Positions 9,877-19,736 of a DNA stretch of 64,000 nt are shown here, piece by piece (position 1 is the first letter of the stretch; every line of letters starts with the position of its first letter). The stretch covers positions 236,710 to 300,709 of the forward strand of contig LCIO01000001.1 in assembly GCA_001001115.1 (NCBI GenBank), read 5' to 3'. Under the pieces are notes generated by a model. It searched no databases. It had not been told where the DNA came from and saw only the letters and a list, made by a program, of their open reading frames with translations. The position numbers and the translations under genes were made by a program. Source of the stretch: Candidatus Wolfebacteria bacterium GW2011_GWA1_44_24 (lineage in GTDB: Bacteria > Patescibacteriota > Minisyncoccia > UBA6257 > UBA9933).

Positions 9877-10992
9877 TTATTCAACAATTTCAAGAATTTC
9901 AAAATCAACATCGGCAATGCCATTCCCGTCATAATTAAGAAGAAAAATCGGCCGAATATAAACGGCGCCTGGATACATTTTACCCGGGTCGCCGGAACTC
10001 GGTTTACGCCCCCCGGCCGGCGTTCCATGCCCCTTAAAATAACCGGTAAAAATATCATAACCGGCTCCGGCAACCAAGGCGATGCCGTCAGCGGCAAAAT
10101 AGTGCTGACTGGTATATGTATTATCCCCGGATTCATTAAGATAAGTTGTTTTATCCGAAGCTATTCCCGCTATGCCGCAATAAACAGAAGAAGGATTTTG
10201 AATTTGGCGAATTTTGCAAGAAATTTTATACAACGCGTTCGAATCAAAAGGAATATTTTCCTGCCACTCATACCACACAAATTGATTTGCGTTCAAATAA
10301 TCTCCCTCGCTGTCGGCTCCCAACAAAACCGTTCCCGACCCGATATTTTTATACCAACCCGGTTGGCCGGCCTTATTAACAACAACGGGGAAATCATTAA
10401 ATGAAAAATTGGTTTTGCGATTAGGAGTTAAAAACAAATCGGTGCCAAGTTCATAAGCAATGGAATCGCCGCCGTCTCGCGAGACCCGAGAAAGATACTT
10501 CGTTGATTCCAACCATGCCGTCAATTCCCAACTCCCTCCCGCGACATAACTATAATAAAGATTGTTTTCCGCAATATTTATCGGGTCAACCGGTAAAACC
10601 GACAGCAAGGAGCCGATACTTAAAGAAGTTAAATCCACCGGAACCCATCCAAAACCATTGGTTTTACGATAATTATCCGGAGTTGAACAAGCATAATCCC
10701 AACCAAAAGGCAAAACAGGCAGATTTGAATTAACGCAAGTCGGCGAAGTATCGGGGATTGAGACATAAACAATTGAAGAAGAGCCGAAATTGGCGCCGCC
10801 CTGAGAAAGATAAATGTTCAAAGCGGAATTTAAAGAGTTAAGCTCCGATAATCTTTTTGAATCTCTGGTGTTTTTTAAAAGCTCTGAAGGATTTAAAACC
10901 AAAACTGTCGTTGTTGATAAAATCGCCAAAATGCCGATAACGATAAGAAGTTCGAGAAGCGTAAAAGATTTTTCGCCGTTGAATTGTTTCAT
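9877..10992 (-). CDS. Type IV pilin-like protein with large C-terminal domain
   Basis: Prepilin N-terminal methylation motif KSFTLLELLIVIGILAIL followed by a 340-aa globular region. Confidence 0.8.
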   Translation of the reverse strand: MKQFNGEKSFTLLELLIVIGILAILSTTTVLVLNPSELLKNTRDSKRLSELNSLNSALNIYLSQGGANFGSSSIVYVSIPDTSPTCVNSNLPVLPFGWDYACSTPDNYRKTNGFGWVPVDLTSLSIGSLLSVLPVDPINIAENNLYYSYVAGGSWELTAWLESTKYLSRVSRDGGDSIAYELGTDLFLTPNRKTNFSFNDFPVVVNKAGQPGWYKNIGSGTVLLGADSEGDYLNANQFVWYEWQENIPFDSNALYKISCKIRQIQNPSSVYCGIAGIASDKTTYLNESGDNTYTSQHYFAADGIALVAGAGYDIFTGYFKGHGTPAGGRKPSSGDPGKMYPGAVYIRPIFLLNYDGNGIADVDFEILEIVE

Positions 10993-10997
10993 TATTT

Positions 10998-12461
10998 TTA
11001 ACTAATTCGCGGAAATAAATTTTCACCCTTGCTGACTTTAATGATTTTTCCGGAATGTTTGACGCTTTTAATAATTTTTCCCGAAGTCTCGGGGAGAAAC
11101 GGTTCCAGCAATAAAGCGACATTTTTTAAAAGCCCGATTAAATTAAAAATGATTTCTGCTTTGTGTTTCTCGTCTTTAATTTTCCACGGCTCGGTTTTAT
11201 TGATGTAATTGTCGCCAAAACTAATCAATTTCCAGATTGCCGCCAGCGCCTCGTTAAATTTAAATTCTTCAAGTTCGTCATTAACTTGTTTTTTGATCTG
11301 TTTTATTTCTTTTGCGATAGCGGGATTAAGCCGCATTTTTTCGGCAATCAACGGCGTCTTGCCCGCCAAAGTCAAAATGCGGGCGCAAAAATTGCCCAAA
11401 CCGTTGGCCAATTCGCCGTTATAACGGAAAATAAATTTTTCCTCGCTGAAATCGCCGTCTTCATAAGCCGGAATTTCCCGCAAAAGATAGTAACGCACCG
11501 CTTCGTTTCCGTATTTCTTTATCAAATCAAAGGGGTTAACCACGTTACCGAGCGATTTTGACATTTTTTGGCCGCCGGAAGTGATGAAGCCGTGAACATA
11601 AATTTTTTGGGGCAATGGCAGTTTCGCCGACAAAAGCATCGCCGGCCAATAAAGAACGTGGAATTTCAAATTGTCCTTGCCGATAATGTGAAGGTCGGCC
11701 GGCCAGAATTTTTTGAAATTTTTCGGATTTTTGCCCCCGAAACCCAAAGCCGAAATGTAGTTTGTCAAAGCGTCGGCCCAAACATAAATAACCTGAGAAT
11801 CGTCGTCCGGCGTTGAAATGCCCCAGGGCAAATTTCTCTTGGGCCGCGAAAAGCTGATGTCTTCTATATCCTGCTTCAAAAAAGCCAGCGCTTCGTTTTT
11901 TCTGGCCAACGGAATTATCATCAATTCGTTCTTTTTTATTTTTGATTCTATCGCTTTGGCGTATTTTGAAAGCCGGAAAAAATAGTTTTCCTCCTCCACC
12001 GTTTCCGGTTCCGTCAGATGTTCCGGGCATTTGCCGTTAATCAAATCTTTCTCCGTTTTATACGCTTCGCAGCCGACGCAATACAATCCTTTGTATTTTT
12101 TTTTATAAATGTCTCCGGCTTTAACCATCGCCAGCCACATTTTCCGCGCGCCGGGCCAGTGTTTTTTCTTATCCGTGGTCCTGATAAAAGCGTCGTAAGA
12201 AATGTTCAGCGATTTATCCAATTCTTTGAATTCCAAAGCGTTCCGGTCAACCAATTCTTGCGGCAAAATTCCTTGTTCGCGGGCGGTCTTGAAAATTTTT
12301 GAGCCGTATTCATCCGTGCCGGTCAAAAAAAAGACATCGCTTCTTTTCAAGCGATGATAACGAGCCAAAACATCGGCCCTAACAAACTGCATGGCATGGC
12401 CCAAATGAGGAGAAGCGTTAACATAACCGATGGCGGTGGTAAGATAAAATTTCTTCGCCAT
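10998..12461 (-). CDS. metG: Methionyl-tRNA synthetase
   Basis: Class I signature SPHLGHA and KMSKS (GGQKMSKSLGNVV), Zn-knuckle CVGC...CPEH. Confidence 0.9.
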   Translation of the reverse strand: MAKKFYLTTAIGYVNASPHLGHAMQFVRADVLARYHRLKRSDVFFLTGTDEYGSKIFKTAREQGILPQELVDRNALEFKELDKSLNISYDAFIRTTDKKKHWPGARKMWLAMVKAGDIYKKKYKGLYCVGCEAYKTEKDLINGKCPEHLTEPETVEEENYFFRLSKYAKAIESKIKKNELMIIPLARKNEALAFLKQDIEDISFSRPKRNLPWGISTPDDDSQVIYVWADALTNYISALGFGGKNPKNFKKFWPADLHIIGKDNLKFHVLYWPAMLLSAKLPLPQKIYVHGFITSGGQKMSKSLGNVVNPFDLIKKYGNEAVRYYLLREIPAYEDGDFSEEKFIFRYNGELANGLGNFCARILTLAGKTPLIAEKMRLNPAIAKEIKQIKKQVNDELEEFKFNEALAAIWKLISFGDNYINKTEPWKIKDEKHKAEIIFNLIGLLKNVALLLEPFLPETSGKIIKSVKHSGKIIKVSKGENLFPRIS

Positions 12462-12470
12462 ATAGCGCGA

Positions 12471-13481
12471 TTATTCTTTAACCGATTTTTTTTGGATTGC
12501 CCAATCTTCAATAATTTCCTGGATTACGACCGCCGCCGGCACCGCCAGAATTATCCCCGCGAAGCCGAAGAGTTGAGCTCCGGCGAGCAAAGAAATCACC
12601 ACCACCACGGGATGAAGTCCGGTGGTGTATCTCATCACCAAAGGCACCAGCAAATGATTTTCCACCTGCTGAATAATCACGAAAAGCGCCGCTACGGAAA
12701 ATCCTAGCGTCAAAGATTGCGATATGACAAGCAGAAACGAAATAATACCGACAAGAACCGGTCCGACATAAGGAACCATTTCCAGAATGCCCGCCAAAAT
12801 TCCCAATATCAAGCTGTATTTAACTCCCAAAATCAAAAGTCCGAAAAAAACCGCCAAGCCGATAATCAAACTTAAAATCAGCTGTCCCTGAAGCCACAAA
12901 CCGATTTTGCGCCGCGCCCGAAAATAAATTTTCATCACGTATTCCTCTTGGGCAGAAGGTAAAACCGCCCTTAAAAATTTTTCAACGCCATATTTGCTGG
13001 CGGACAAATAAAAAGACAAAACAAAAACCGCCGTCAAAAACACAGCGCTCCCAAAAATGGCGGAAATAACGCCGATAAAAGAAATGCCGCCCGAAAGCAA
13101 AGTGTTGGCGAAATTGCCAAGATACACTCCTATGTTTTTAATGAAATCTAAAGAGTTGAAAACTTGAACGGCGGGCAGTTTCAATTGATACTTAGAAAGA
13201 ATATCTGAAAGATTTTTGAATTCCATAATCGCCGCCGGAACAATAGCATAAAGAAGCAAAGTCAGAACCGCCGCGCCGGTGAGAAAAATAAGAATCGTCC
13301 CTAAAATTCTGGGAATTTTTTTCCGTTCCAAAAAACTGATAGGGGCATCAAGGGCCGAGGAAATCACCAGCGCCAAAGCCAAAATTATCAAAACATCGCG
13401 CAAAAGATAAAGCGCGACGCCGAAAACTATCATCAGAAGAATCTTCCAAAGCGATGTCCAGGAAATTTCCAGCTTATTCAT
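12471..13481 (-). CDS. AI-2E family transporter (PerM-like permease)
   Basis: 336 aa, ~8 TM helices, typical ...EMVPYVGPV... motif. Confidence 0.75.
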   Translation of the reverse strand: MNKLEISWTSLWKILLMIVFGVALYLLRDVLIILALALVISSALDAPISFLERKKIPRILGTILIFLTGAAVLTLLLYAIVPAAIMEFKNLSDILSKYQLKLPAVQVFNSLDFIKNIGVYLGNFANTLLSGGISFIGVISAIFGSAVFLTAVFVLSFYLSASKYGVEKFLRAVLPSAQEEYVMKIYFRARRKIGLWLQGQLILSLIIGLAVFFGLLILGVKYSLILGILAGILEMVPYVGPVLVGIISFLLVISQSLTLGFSVAALFVIIQQVENHLLVPLVMRYTTGLHPVVVVISLLAGAQLFGFAGIILAVPAAVVIQEIIEDWAIQKKSVKE

Positions 13482-13493
13482 AATATCACGATA

Positions 13494-14762
13494 TCACAAT
13501 GTTAAAATTTTTTCAAACCGGTTTTTATCCTTGAACGGCCCGATAATCGCCAGATTTAATTTATTGTTCTGAAAAATATCTTTGGCCACCGCCATTATTT
13601 CTTCGGCTTTGACGGCTTGAATTTTTTGCGCCAGTTCGTCCGGACCAATGAGTTTTTTGGTCAAGATTTCCTGACCGCCGTAAAAACTCGCCAGTTCATC
13701 GGATGTTTCAAGCGAAAGCATTAAATTGCCGAGCAAATGGTCTTTTGATTTTTGTAGTTCTTTTTCATCAACTGCTTTTTGGCTCAATTTTCTAAATTCT
13801 TCAAGAATAGCTTTAATTACCTCCTCTATTCTTTTATTATCAACGCCGGCAAAAACAGCTAAATAACCGTGGTCGGTAAATAAATCAGCCTCAGCCCGGA
13901 TATAATAGGCCGCGCCCATCTCGTCCCTAATTTTTTGAAAAAGACGAGAACTCATGCCGCTGCCCAAAATATTAACCAACACTTGAAACGCATACTTTCT
14001 TTTATCAAAAATATCATACGCTCTGACGCCCAAAACCAAATGCGCCTGATCTGATTCTTTATATTTTAATAAAATCTGAGGATTTTCCTGAAATTCTTTG
14101 GTTTTAATTTTTGGAATTTTTTTGTTTGTTTTTATGCCAGAAAAAAAACTTTTAATTTTTCCGACTGCTTCATCATCGAATTTGCCAGAAACAACCGCGA
14201 TTGTTGACGAAGCCAAATAATGATTTTTTTTATATTTTAAAAAGTCTTCACGGTTTAGTTCTTTAATAATTTCCTTGCTTCCGGCAATATCCCAGCCGGC
14301 CGGCTGGTCGCCGTAAAGAAGGTTTAAAAATAATTGTTGAACCCGCCTCATCGGCAAATCTTCGTACATATTTATTTCTTCCACAATAACTCCTCTTTCT
14401 TTATTTATTTCGTTCTGGTCGAAAACCGGATTGAGATACATATCGGAAATAATATCTAAAATTTTATCAAAATGTTTCGGTTGAGCTTTGGCATAATAAC
14501 CCGTATATTCTTGACTGGTAAAAGCGTTATAAGAAGCCCCTAAGCTATCAAGTTCCGAAGCGATATCTATGGCGCGCGGCCTCTTTTTCGTTCCCTTAAA
14601 GCACATATGCTCCAAAAAATGGGAAATGCCGTTGATTTCTTTGGTTTCATATTTTGAACCGGCTTCAACCAAAACCAAAACCGTTGTTGAAAGACTGTCC
14701 GGCTTCGGAACAATAATAATCCGCAATCCGTTTTCTAATGTGATTTTATTGAATTTTTCCAT
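13494..14762 (-). CDS. M16 (pitrilysin/insulinase) family zinc peptidase
   Basis: HFLEHMCFKGT inverted zinc motif (HxxEH) and two-domain length of 422 aa. Confidence 0.85.
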   Translation of the reverse strand: MEKFNKITLENGLRIIIVPKPDSLSTTVLVLVEAGSKYETKEINGISHFLEHMCFKGTKKRPRAIDIASELDSLGASYNAFTSQEYTGYYAKAQPKHFDKILDIISDMYLNPVFDQNEINKERGVIVEEINMYEDLPMRRVQQLFLNLLYGDQPAGWDIAGSKEIIKELNREDFLKYKKNHYLASSTIAVVSGKFDDEAVGKIKSFFSGIKTNKKIPKIKTKEFQENPQILLKYKESDQAHLVLGVRAYDIFDKRKYAFQVLVNILGSGMSSRLFQKIRDEMGAAYYIRAEADLFTDHGYLAVFAGVDNKRIEEVIKAILEEFRKLSQKAVDEKELQKSKDHLLGNLMLSLETSDELASFYGGQEILTKKLIGPDELAQKIQAVKAEEIMAVAKDIFQNNKLNLAIIGPFKDKNRFEKILTL

Positions 14763-16056
14763 TTAACCAATCTATTAATCCGCTGATTTTTATTCTTTCT
14801 TGTTTCGTGGTATCGCGGTCGCGAACGGTAAGCGTATTGTCTTCCAGCGTTCGAAAATCAACCGTTAGACAATACGGCGTGCCGATTTCATCCTGCGAAT
14901 AATAACGCTTGCCGATGTTGCCACGGTCGTCGTAAGCAACCATAAATTTTTTGCGCAAATCGTCGTAAATTTTTTTTGCCGAATTAACCAATTCCGGCTT
15001 GTTGGCCAAAAGCGGGAAAACCGCCGCCTTATAAGGAGCCAATTTCGCGTCTAGTTTCAAATAAATCCTTTCCCCTTCTTCCCGATAAGCGTCAATGAGT
15101 AAAAACAAAATAGAACGGTCGACTCCGGCTGAAGTTTCAATGTCCCAGGGAATATATTTCTCGTCGGTTTCCGGATCGCGATAACCCATATCAACGCCGG
15201 AAAATTTCTGGTGCCGCGACAAATCCCAATCTCCGCGGTTATGAATGCCCATAAATTCCTGCCAGCCCCAGGGCGCGTTATATTCGATGTCAGTCGCGTC
15301 AATGGCGTAATGGGCGCGTTCGGTTTTTGCATGGTCGCGAAAACGCAGATTTTCCTTTCTCATTCCCAACGATAGATACCAATCCATCCTGTTATTTTTC
15401 CAGTATTCAAACCATTTTTCGCCCTCTTTTTCATCCGGCCTGATGTAAAACTGCACTTCCATTTGCTCGAATTCCCGCGAACGGAAAGTAAAATTGCCCG
15501 GCGTAATTTCATTGCGGAAAGCCTTGCCGATTTGAGCGACGCCGAAAGGAATTTTCACCCTTGTCGAATCAAGAACATTTTTGAAATTAACATGAACGCC
15601 ATTGGTGATTTCGCCACGAAGAAAAATTTCCGATTGTTCGCCTTCTACCACTCCCAAATACGCCTTGACCAGCAAATTAAATTGCCGCGGTTCAGTCCAG
15701 TCCGCTTTTTTGTCTTTGTGGATTTTTTCATGATTTTTAATTTCTTCTTCCTTATCGGCCCGAATCCGCTGATGACAAATTTTACATTCAACCAATGGGT
15801 CGGCGAACGCTTTCAAATGGCCCGAAGCTTCCCAAGCTTTCGGATTCATCATAATCGCCGCATCGATGCCGACGATATCATCGCGGCGTTCCACCATATT
15901 TTCCCACCACAAATCCTTCAAATTTTTTTTAAGCAAGGCGCCGACCGGGCCGTAATCCCAGGTGCCGGCCAAACCGCCGTAAATTTCCGAGCCGGGAAAA
16001 ATAAATCCCCGGCGCTTAGCCAAAGAAACGATTTTATCCGTCAGATTATTTGTCAT
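14746..16056 (-). CDS. glyQS: Glycyl-tRNA synthetase (dimeric GlyQS type)
   Basis: N-terminal KRRGFIFPGSEIYGGLAGTWDYGP..., class II motifs, C-terminal anticodon-binding domain. Confidence 0.9.
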   Translation of the reverse strand: MTNNLTDKIVSLAKRRGFIFPGSEIYGGLAGTWDYGPVGALLKKNLKDLWWENMVERRDDIVGIDAAIMMNPKAWEASGHLKAFADPLVECKICHQRIRADKEEEIKNHEKIHKDKKADWTEPRQFNLLVKAYLGVVEGEQSEIFLRGEITNGVHVNFKNVLDSTRVKIPFGVAQIGKAFRNEITPGNFTFRSREFEQMEVQFYIRPDEKEGEKWFEYWKNNRMDWYLSLGMRKENLRFRDHAKTERAHYAIDATDIEYNAPWGWQEFMGIHNRGDWDLSRHQKFSGVDMGYRDPETDEKYIPWDIETSAGVDRSILFLLIDAYREEGERIYLKLDAKLAPYKAAVFPLLANKPELVNSAKKIYDDLRKKFMVAYDDRGNIGKRYYSQDEIGTPYCLTVDFRTLEDNTLTVRDRDTTKQERIKISGLIDWLNGKIQ

Positions 16057-17795
16057 TGGATTACTTGAGTATAATTCAAATCCAAACCGCTGTCTTTCAA
16101 CGATTTGGTGCTAAGGGCTTCGGCGGCAACATTCAATTCGACACCGGTAAATTCGTCAACGGCGGCGGCAATGGTCTGGCTGAGCAACGGAATTTCTTTT
16201 CCGACTTGAGTGATATTAGGCAAAACTTCTATTTGAAAAATCGCTTCAATTGGTTTTCCGATAATGCCTTTGGCGGCCGAAATTCTATCAATAGACCAAT
16301 TAATCTCGCTTGTTCTTTCATTATAAATCGGCTGGGATGCGACGCTACTTTTAACAATATCTGTCAGCCGCGCCCCTGAAAGCAAACTAGCTTTAATATT
16401 TACATCCTTAACGTCTGTGGCGTAATTTTTAACGAGCCAATGAATGGTGAAATTAAGCGGCTGGTTGACTCTCGGCGGCAAAACGCCTTTATTGACAATA
16501 CCCGACGGATCGCGGAAATAAACAGCGGGTTCAACGCTGATTTGTCCTCCAACTTTCGTTTCCAAACCGCTCAAGCCAATGGTTTTGTCGGCCGAAACGT
16601 AATAAGGCACAGTAGGCGAAGAAATTTCAGCTACGACTTTCAAAACAAAATTTTTATCGGACAACTTTTTAATGGGATAAAATTGTTTTGTTTTGATTTC
16701 GAACTCAGTGCCGGCGCTTGAACCGGCCGGCACCTGCCGAAGATTCGAAACATTGGCCGCGTTCCAGACTAAAATATTATTTCGAGAATTAAAAGAACCG
16801 CCGGTTTTCAAGGTCGGAAAATCAAATATTTCTCCGTTCAACTGAGCGGTAATGACCGCATCGCTTAAAACAACATCGCTGTTATTTTGGTAAACAATCC
16901 GATATTTTAATAAATCTCCCGGCCAGGCGATATAATTTTCCGTTTCATTCAAGATAATTTTCAGAGAAAGAGGCGAGGGCGCGATGTAAACGCTGGCGGC
17001 TTTTTCGGCAATCGCATACTTTTGGCCCCGATACGCCGTCTCAATTTGCGATTTGATTTCAAAAAACGACTGTTCAGGTCCGATGATTCTGCCTTTTAGG
17101 GAAATCTTAGCCTGGGCATTTTTCTCCAGCTCGCCGATTTCCAAAATATTGCCGGACAATTTCGGATTCGATTCTTTCAAGACAAAATTTTTCGGAAAAA
17201 TAAAATTCAGTCGGGCACCGGAAAAATTGTTTTCCGAAATATTGGCGTAATTGACGATAATTTCAAATTCTTCGTTGTTTAAAACTTTTTCCGGAGCCGA
17301 CAAATCAAGTTTTACGGCCGATTCCCGAACCGACACTTCAACATTTTGTTTTTTCTCAAAACGAGCTTTTAAGGTTGAAACATAACCGACTGAAATATTA
17401 AAATTTTTCACACTGCCTTCTCCGGCGACAATCAAAATCTGAAATTTATCTTTGAAAATCGCGTCCGGTTCCAAATCGTCGATTTTTTTGGAAAATACGC
17501 GTTTCTCTCCGCTTTCGCCCAAAATTATCGCGGATTCTGGCAAAAAAACGGAAAGATTGACGTCTTGAAGAGTATTCTTTGAACTATTGTCAAAATCAAC
17601 CGACAAATCAAAAGGAACGCCGACCATCGCATTGGCCGGAACGGAAACCGAAAGATTAATTTCCCGTTCAGTGGAAAAATATTGATAAAGATAATAACCG
17701 CTGAAAGCAATCAATATTAAAACAAACGGCGTTAAAATCCAGAATAAAATCCGGCTGAAGCGGCTGATTTTGGAAATGATTATTCTTTCGGACAT
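16053..17795 (-). CDS. Membrane-anchored surface protein with repeated Ig/DUF11-like beta domains
   Basis: 580 aa, single N-terminal TM helix then repetitive beta-rich modules. Start/stop coupled to glyQS. Confidence 0.5.
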   Translation of the reverse strand: MSERIIISKISRFSRILFWILTPFVLILIAFSGYYLYQYFSTEREINLSVSVPANAMVGVPFDLSVDFDNSSKNTLQDVNLSVFLPESAIILGESGEKRVFSKKIDDLEPDAIFKDKFQILIVAGEGSVKNFNISVGYVSTLKARFEKKQNVEVSVRESAVKLDLSAPEKVLNNEEFEIIVNYANISENNFSGARLNFIFPKNFVLKESNPKLSGNILEIGELEKNAQAKISLKGRIIGPEQSFFEIKSQIETAYRGQKYAIAEKAASVYIAPSPLSLKIILNETENYIAWPGDLLKYRIVYQNNSDVVLSDAVITAQLNGEIFDFPTLKTGGSFNSRNNILVWNAANVSNLRQVPAGSSAGTEFEIKTKQFYPIKKLSDKNFVLKVVAEISSPTVPYYVSADKTIGLSGLETKVGGQISVEPAVYFRDPSGIVNKGVLPPRVNQPLNFTIHWLVKNYATDVKDVNIKASLLSGARLTDIVKSSVASQPIYNERTSEINWSIDRISAAKGIIGKPIEAIFQIEVLPNITQVGKEIPLLSQTIAAAVDEFTGVELNVAAEALSTKSLKDSGLDLNYTQVIQ

Positions 17796-18350
17796 TTATA
17801 TCAATACTATCTCTTTTTTGGGAATTTTTATAGCGCACTTGGCGCAAAAGAAAATATAGTCTTCCGGAGAGAAAAAATTTATTTCTTTCCCGCGGCAAAA
17901 AACGCAAGCCGCGTGAGCCGGGTCAAAGCCCAAAATTTTGATGATTAACCGATAAATGGCTTTTTCTTTTTTTTGATAAATAAGCCAATTGGCGACAATC
18001 TCTTTCATTGCCAGCCATAATTTGCGGTCCGGCTGAAGATCAAAAGTCATTTCCTTGAAAAATTTGATAAAATTCAAAAGCCTGAAAAAAACCGCTGGAT
18101 TTTCCTTAAAATTGGCCGAATTAGCGATAGTTAAAGCGTCGACTATCTGAAAGCCGTTTTTTTCCACCAGCCGGACTTGAATAAAATTAAGCGGCTCCAG
18201 GTGTCCGTTTAATTTTGAGGTGATTCTTTTGACGCTTTTGGCTTTAGCGGTTATTTTCCCCAAATCCTCGGTGTATAAAATTATTCTCGCGTCCAAATCG
18301 CCGCTGTCTTCCTTGTCCAGTACCAGCGCTTCGGTAAAGTATTCTACCAT
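17796..18350 (-). CDS. recO: DNA repair protein RecO
   Basis: OB-fold N-terminus (MVEYFTEALVLDKE...) and C-terminal zinc motif CVFC...CAKC. Start trimmed from 18422 to ATG 18350. Confidence 0.75.
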   Translation of the reverse strand: MVEYFTEALVLDKEDSGDLDARIILYTEDLGKITAKAKSVKRITSKLNGHLEPLNFIQVRLVEKNGFQIVDALTIANSANFKENPAVFFRLLNFIKFFKEMTFDLQPDRKLWLAMKEIVANWLIYQKKEKAIYRLIIKILGFDPAHAACVFCRGKEINFFSPEDYIFFCAKCAIKIPKKEIVLI

Positions 18351-18459
18351 AACGCGAATTTTAGCAGATCGAAAGAGTGATTTCCATTCCAATTTTACAT
18401 AAGCTTGACAAAATAAAACCACTGGTTATAATTCCTTAAAATCAATCGCGAATTATATA

Positions 18460-18478
18460 GCCCCGAAAGGGGTTTTTT
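18460..18478 (+). terminator. Short GAAA-tetraloop hairpin plus T6 (orphan, plus strand)
   Basis: GCCCC-GAAA-GGGGT followed by TTTTT. No plus-strand gene upstream. Confidence 0.35.
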
Positions 18479-18616
18479 GATTGGGATTTATAAATAAATT
18501 ATAAAAATTACGAGTGTTGTTTACATTTTCCAGCAGATTGCCTTTCAGAACCAGAATATTTTTGTTCCAGCGACAAAAATTTCTTCCCCCTCGGCGCGCT
18601 GGCTCCGACTATTGAT

Positions 18617-18690
18617 GTAAAGATTTTTGAAACCTAAACGGAAGCGCAGTCCGCCAGCTGGCGGACGTGAGCGGGTTGAAAAAACTTTAC
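18617..18690 (+). ncRNA. Copy A of a conserved 52-nt structured core (18629-18680) with its own outer stem, in the 5' UTR of the 3D-domain gene
   Basis: Core GAAACCTAAACGGAAGCGCAGTCCGCCAGCTGGCGGACGTGAGCGGGTTGAA is 51/52 identical to 24398-24449. Outer stem GTAAAG-a-TTTTT / AAAAA-CTTTAC differs from copy B but still pairs. Confidence 0.55.
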
Positions 18691-18727
18691 ATTTTCCGTT
18701 GCAGAGTAAACAACGCTTGAAAATCTT

Positions 18728-19192
18728 ATGAATAAATACAATAAATATCTGGCGGCTCTCTTGGTTGTGATGAGTTTTAACGTTCTTCAAACCAATGTTT
18801 TCCAGCCAAAAATAGCCGTTATTAACGAAAATTATTCGCTAGACGACTCTTTAACGGCCCAAAATCGGCCTGTTTTGACGCTTGAGAATCAAAAAGTTGC
18901 CAAGCCAAAAATCTTAAAAGTTTGGTTAACCGCTTATTCCAGCACGCCCGAGCAAACCGATGAAACGCCGTTTATCACGGCTTCTGGAAGTTATGTCAGG
19001 AACGGCGTTGTGGCGGCCAATTTCCTGCCAATGGGAGCTAAAATCCGCATTCCAGAAGTTTTCGGCAGCCAAATTTTCGTCGTTGAAGACCGAATGCATC
19101 CCAGATATCAGAACTATATTGATATCTGGTTTCCCGATGCCGAACAAGCCAAAAATTTCGGCAAAAAAATAAGTAAAATAGAAATCCTATAA
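18728..19192 (+). CDS. 3D (MltA/RlpA-like double-psi beta-barrel) domain protein, secreted
   Basis: Signal/TM N-terminus. LTAYSSTPEQTDETPFITASG...VAANFLPMGAKIRIPE...VVEDRM is typical of the 3D domain. Confidence 0.75.
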   Translation: MNKYNKYLAALLVVMSFNVLQTNVFQPKIAVINENYSLDDSLTAQNRPVLTLENQKVAKPKILKVWLTAYSSTPEQTDETPFITASGSYVRNGVVAANFLPMGAKIRIPEVFGSQIFVVEDRMHPRYQNYIDIWFPDAEQAKNFGKKISKIEIL

Positions 19193-19735
19193 AGACAAAG
19201 AGAAAATCGGGAGATCGACCCTAATCGCTTCTCCTTTGTTCTCTTTGTGGGGAACCATTAAATGCCCCTGATTTTTGGCAAGCTCGTACAACTCTTTGGT
19301 AATTTTAACGTCGTTAAGACAATAATTTTTTAATTCTTCCATTCTGCCTTCGCGATATAAAACCGGCGCCTCAAGGCTCAAACCGTTCTTGCCAAAACCC
19401 AAATTGGTTTTCGCCAGAATATCCAAACCGACTCGCCGGCCAAGCAAGATTTCAATCTCATCCAGAATATCAATCCGCGGGATGGAAAAAATGTCGAAAT
19501 TAAAGTGTTTTTTCAAAACCGGCAAATCAAAACGGGAGATGGCGAAACCGACGAGCAAACCGGCATTTCTCAAAATTTCGCCGGCTTCTTTGATTTCGTT
19601 CTCATGAAAATGAAAAAATTTGTCTTGGCCATACGAATAAAGACCGACCAAAGAAATTTCTAATGCGTCGAAATTATCATGACCGACTTCAATGAAAGTA
19701 TTTTTGGTTTCGATGTCTAATACAATGGTATCCAT
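19187..19735 (-). CDS. RNase H-fold DEDD-type 3'-5' exonuclease-like protein
   Basis: MDTIVLDIETKN... (ExoI DxE), ...NDV... later acidic motifs. Start trimmed to ATG 19735, 1 nt after the upstream stop. Confidence 0.55.
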   Translation of the reverse strand: MDTIVLDIETKNTFIEVGHDNFDALEISLVGLYSYGQDKFFHFHENEIKEAGEILRNAGLLVGFAISRFDLPVLKKHFNFDIFSIPRIDILDEIEILLGRRVGLDILAKTNLGFGKNGLSLEAPVLYREGRMEELKNYCLNDVKITKELYELAKNQGHLMVPHKENKGEAIRVDLPIFSLSL

Positions 19736-19736
19736 T

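Noticed and set aside
18521-18702. Direct repeat TTTACATTTTCC (18523-18534 and 18687-18698) as a target-site duplication flanking a ~165-bp insertion carrying the core element
   Set aside because: The right-hand copy overlaps the 3' arm of the element's outer stem (CTTTAC pairs with GTAAAG). No comparable duplication flanks the PMM copy. With only two copies this cannot be distinguished from chance or stem sequence.
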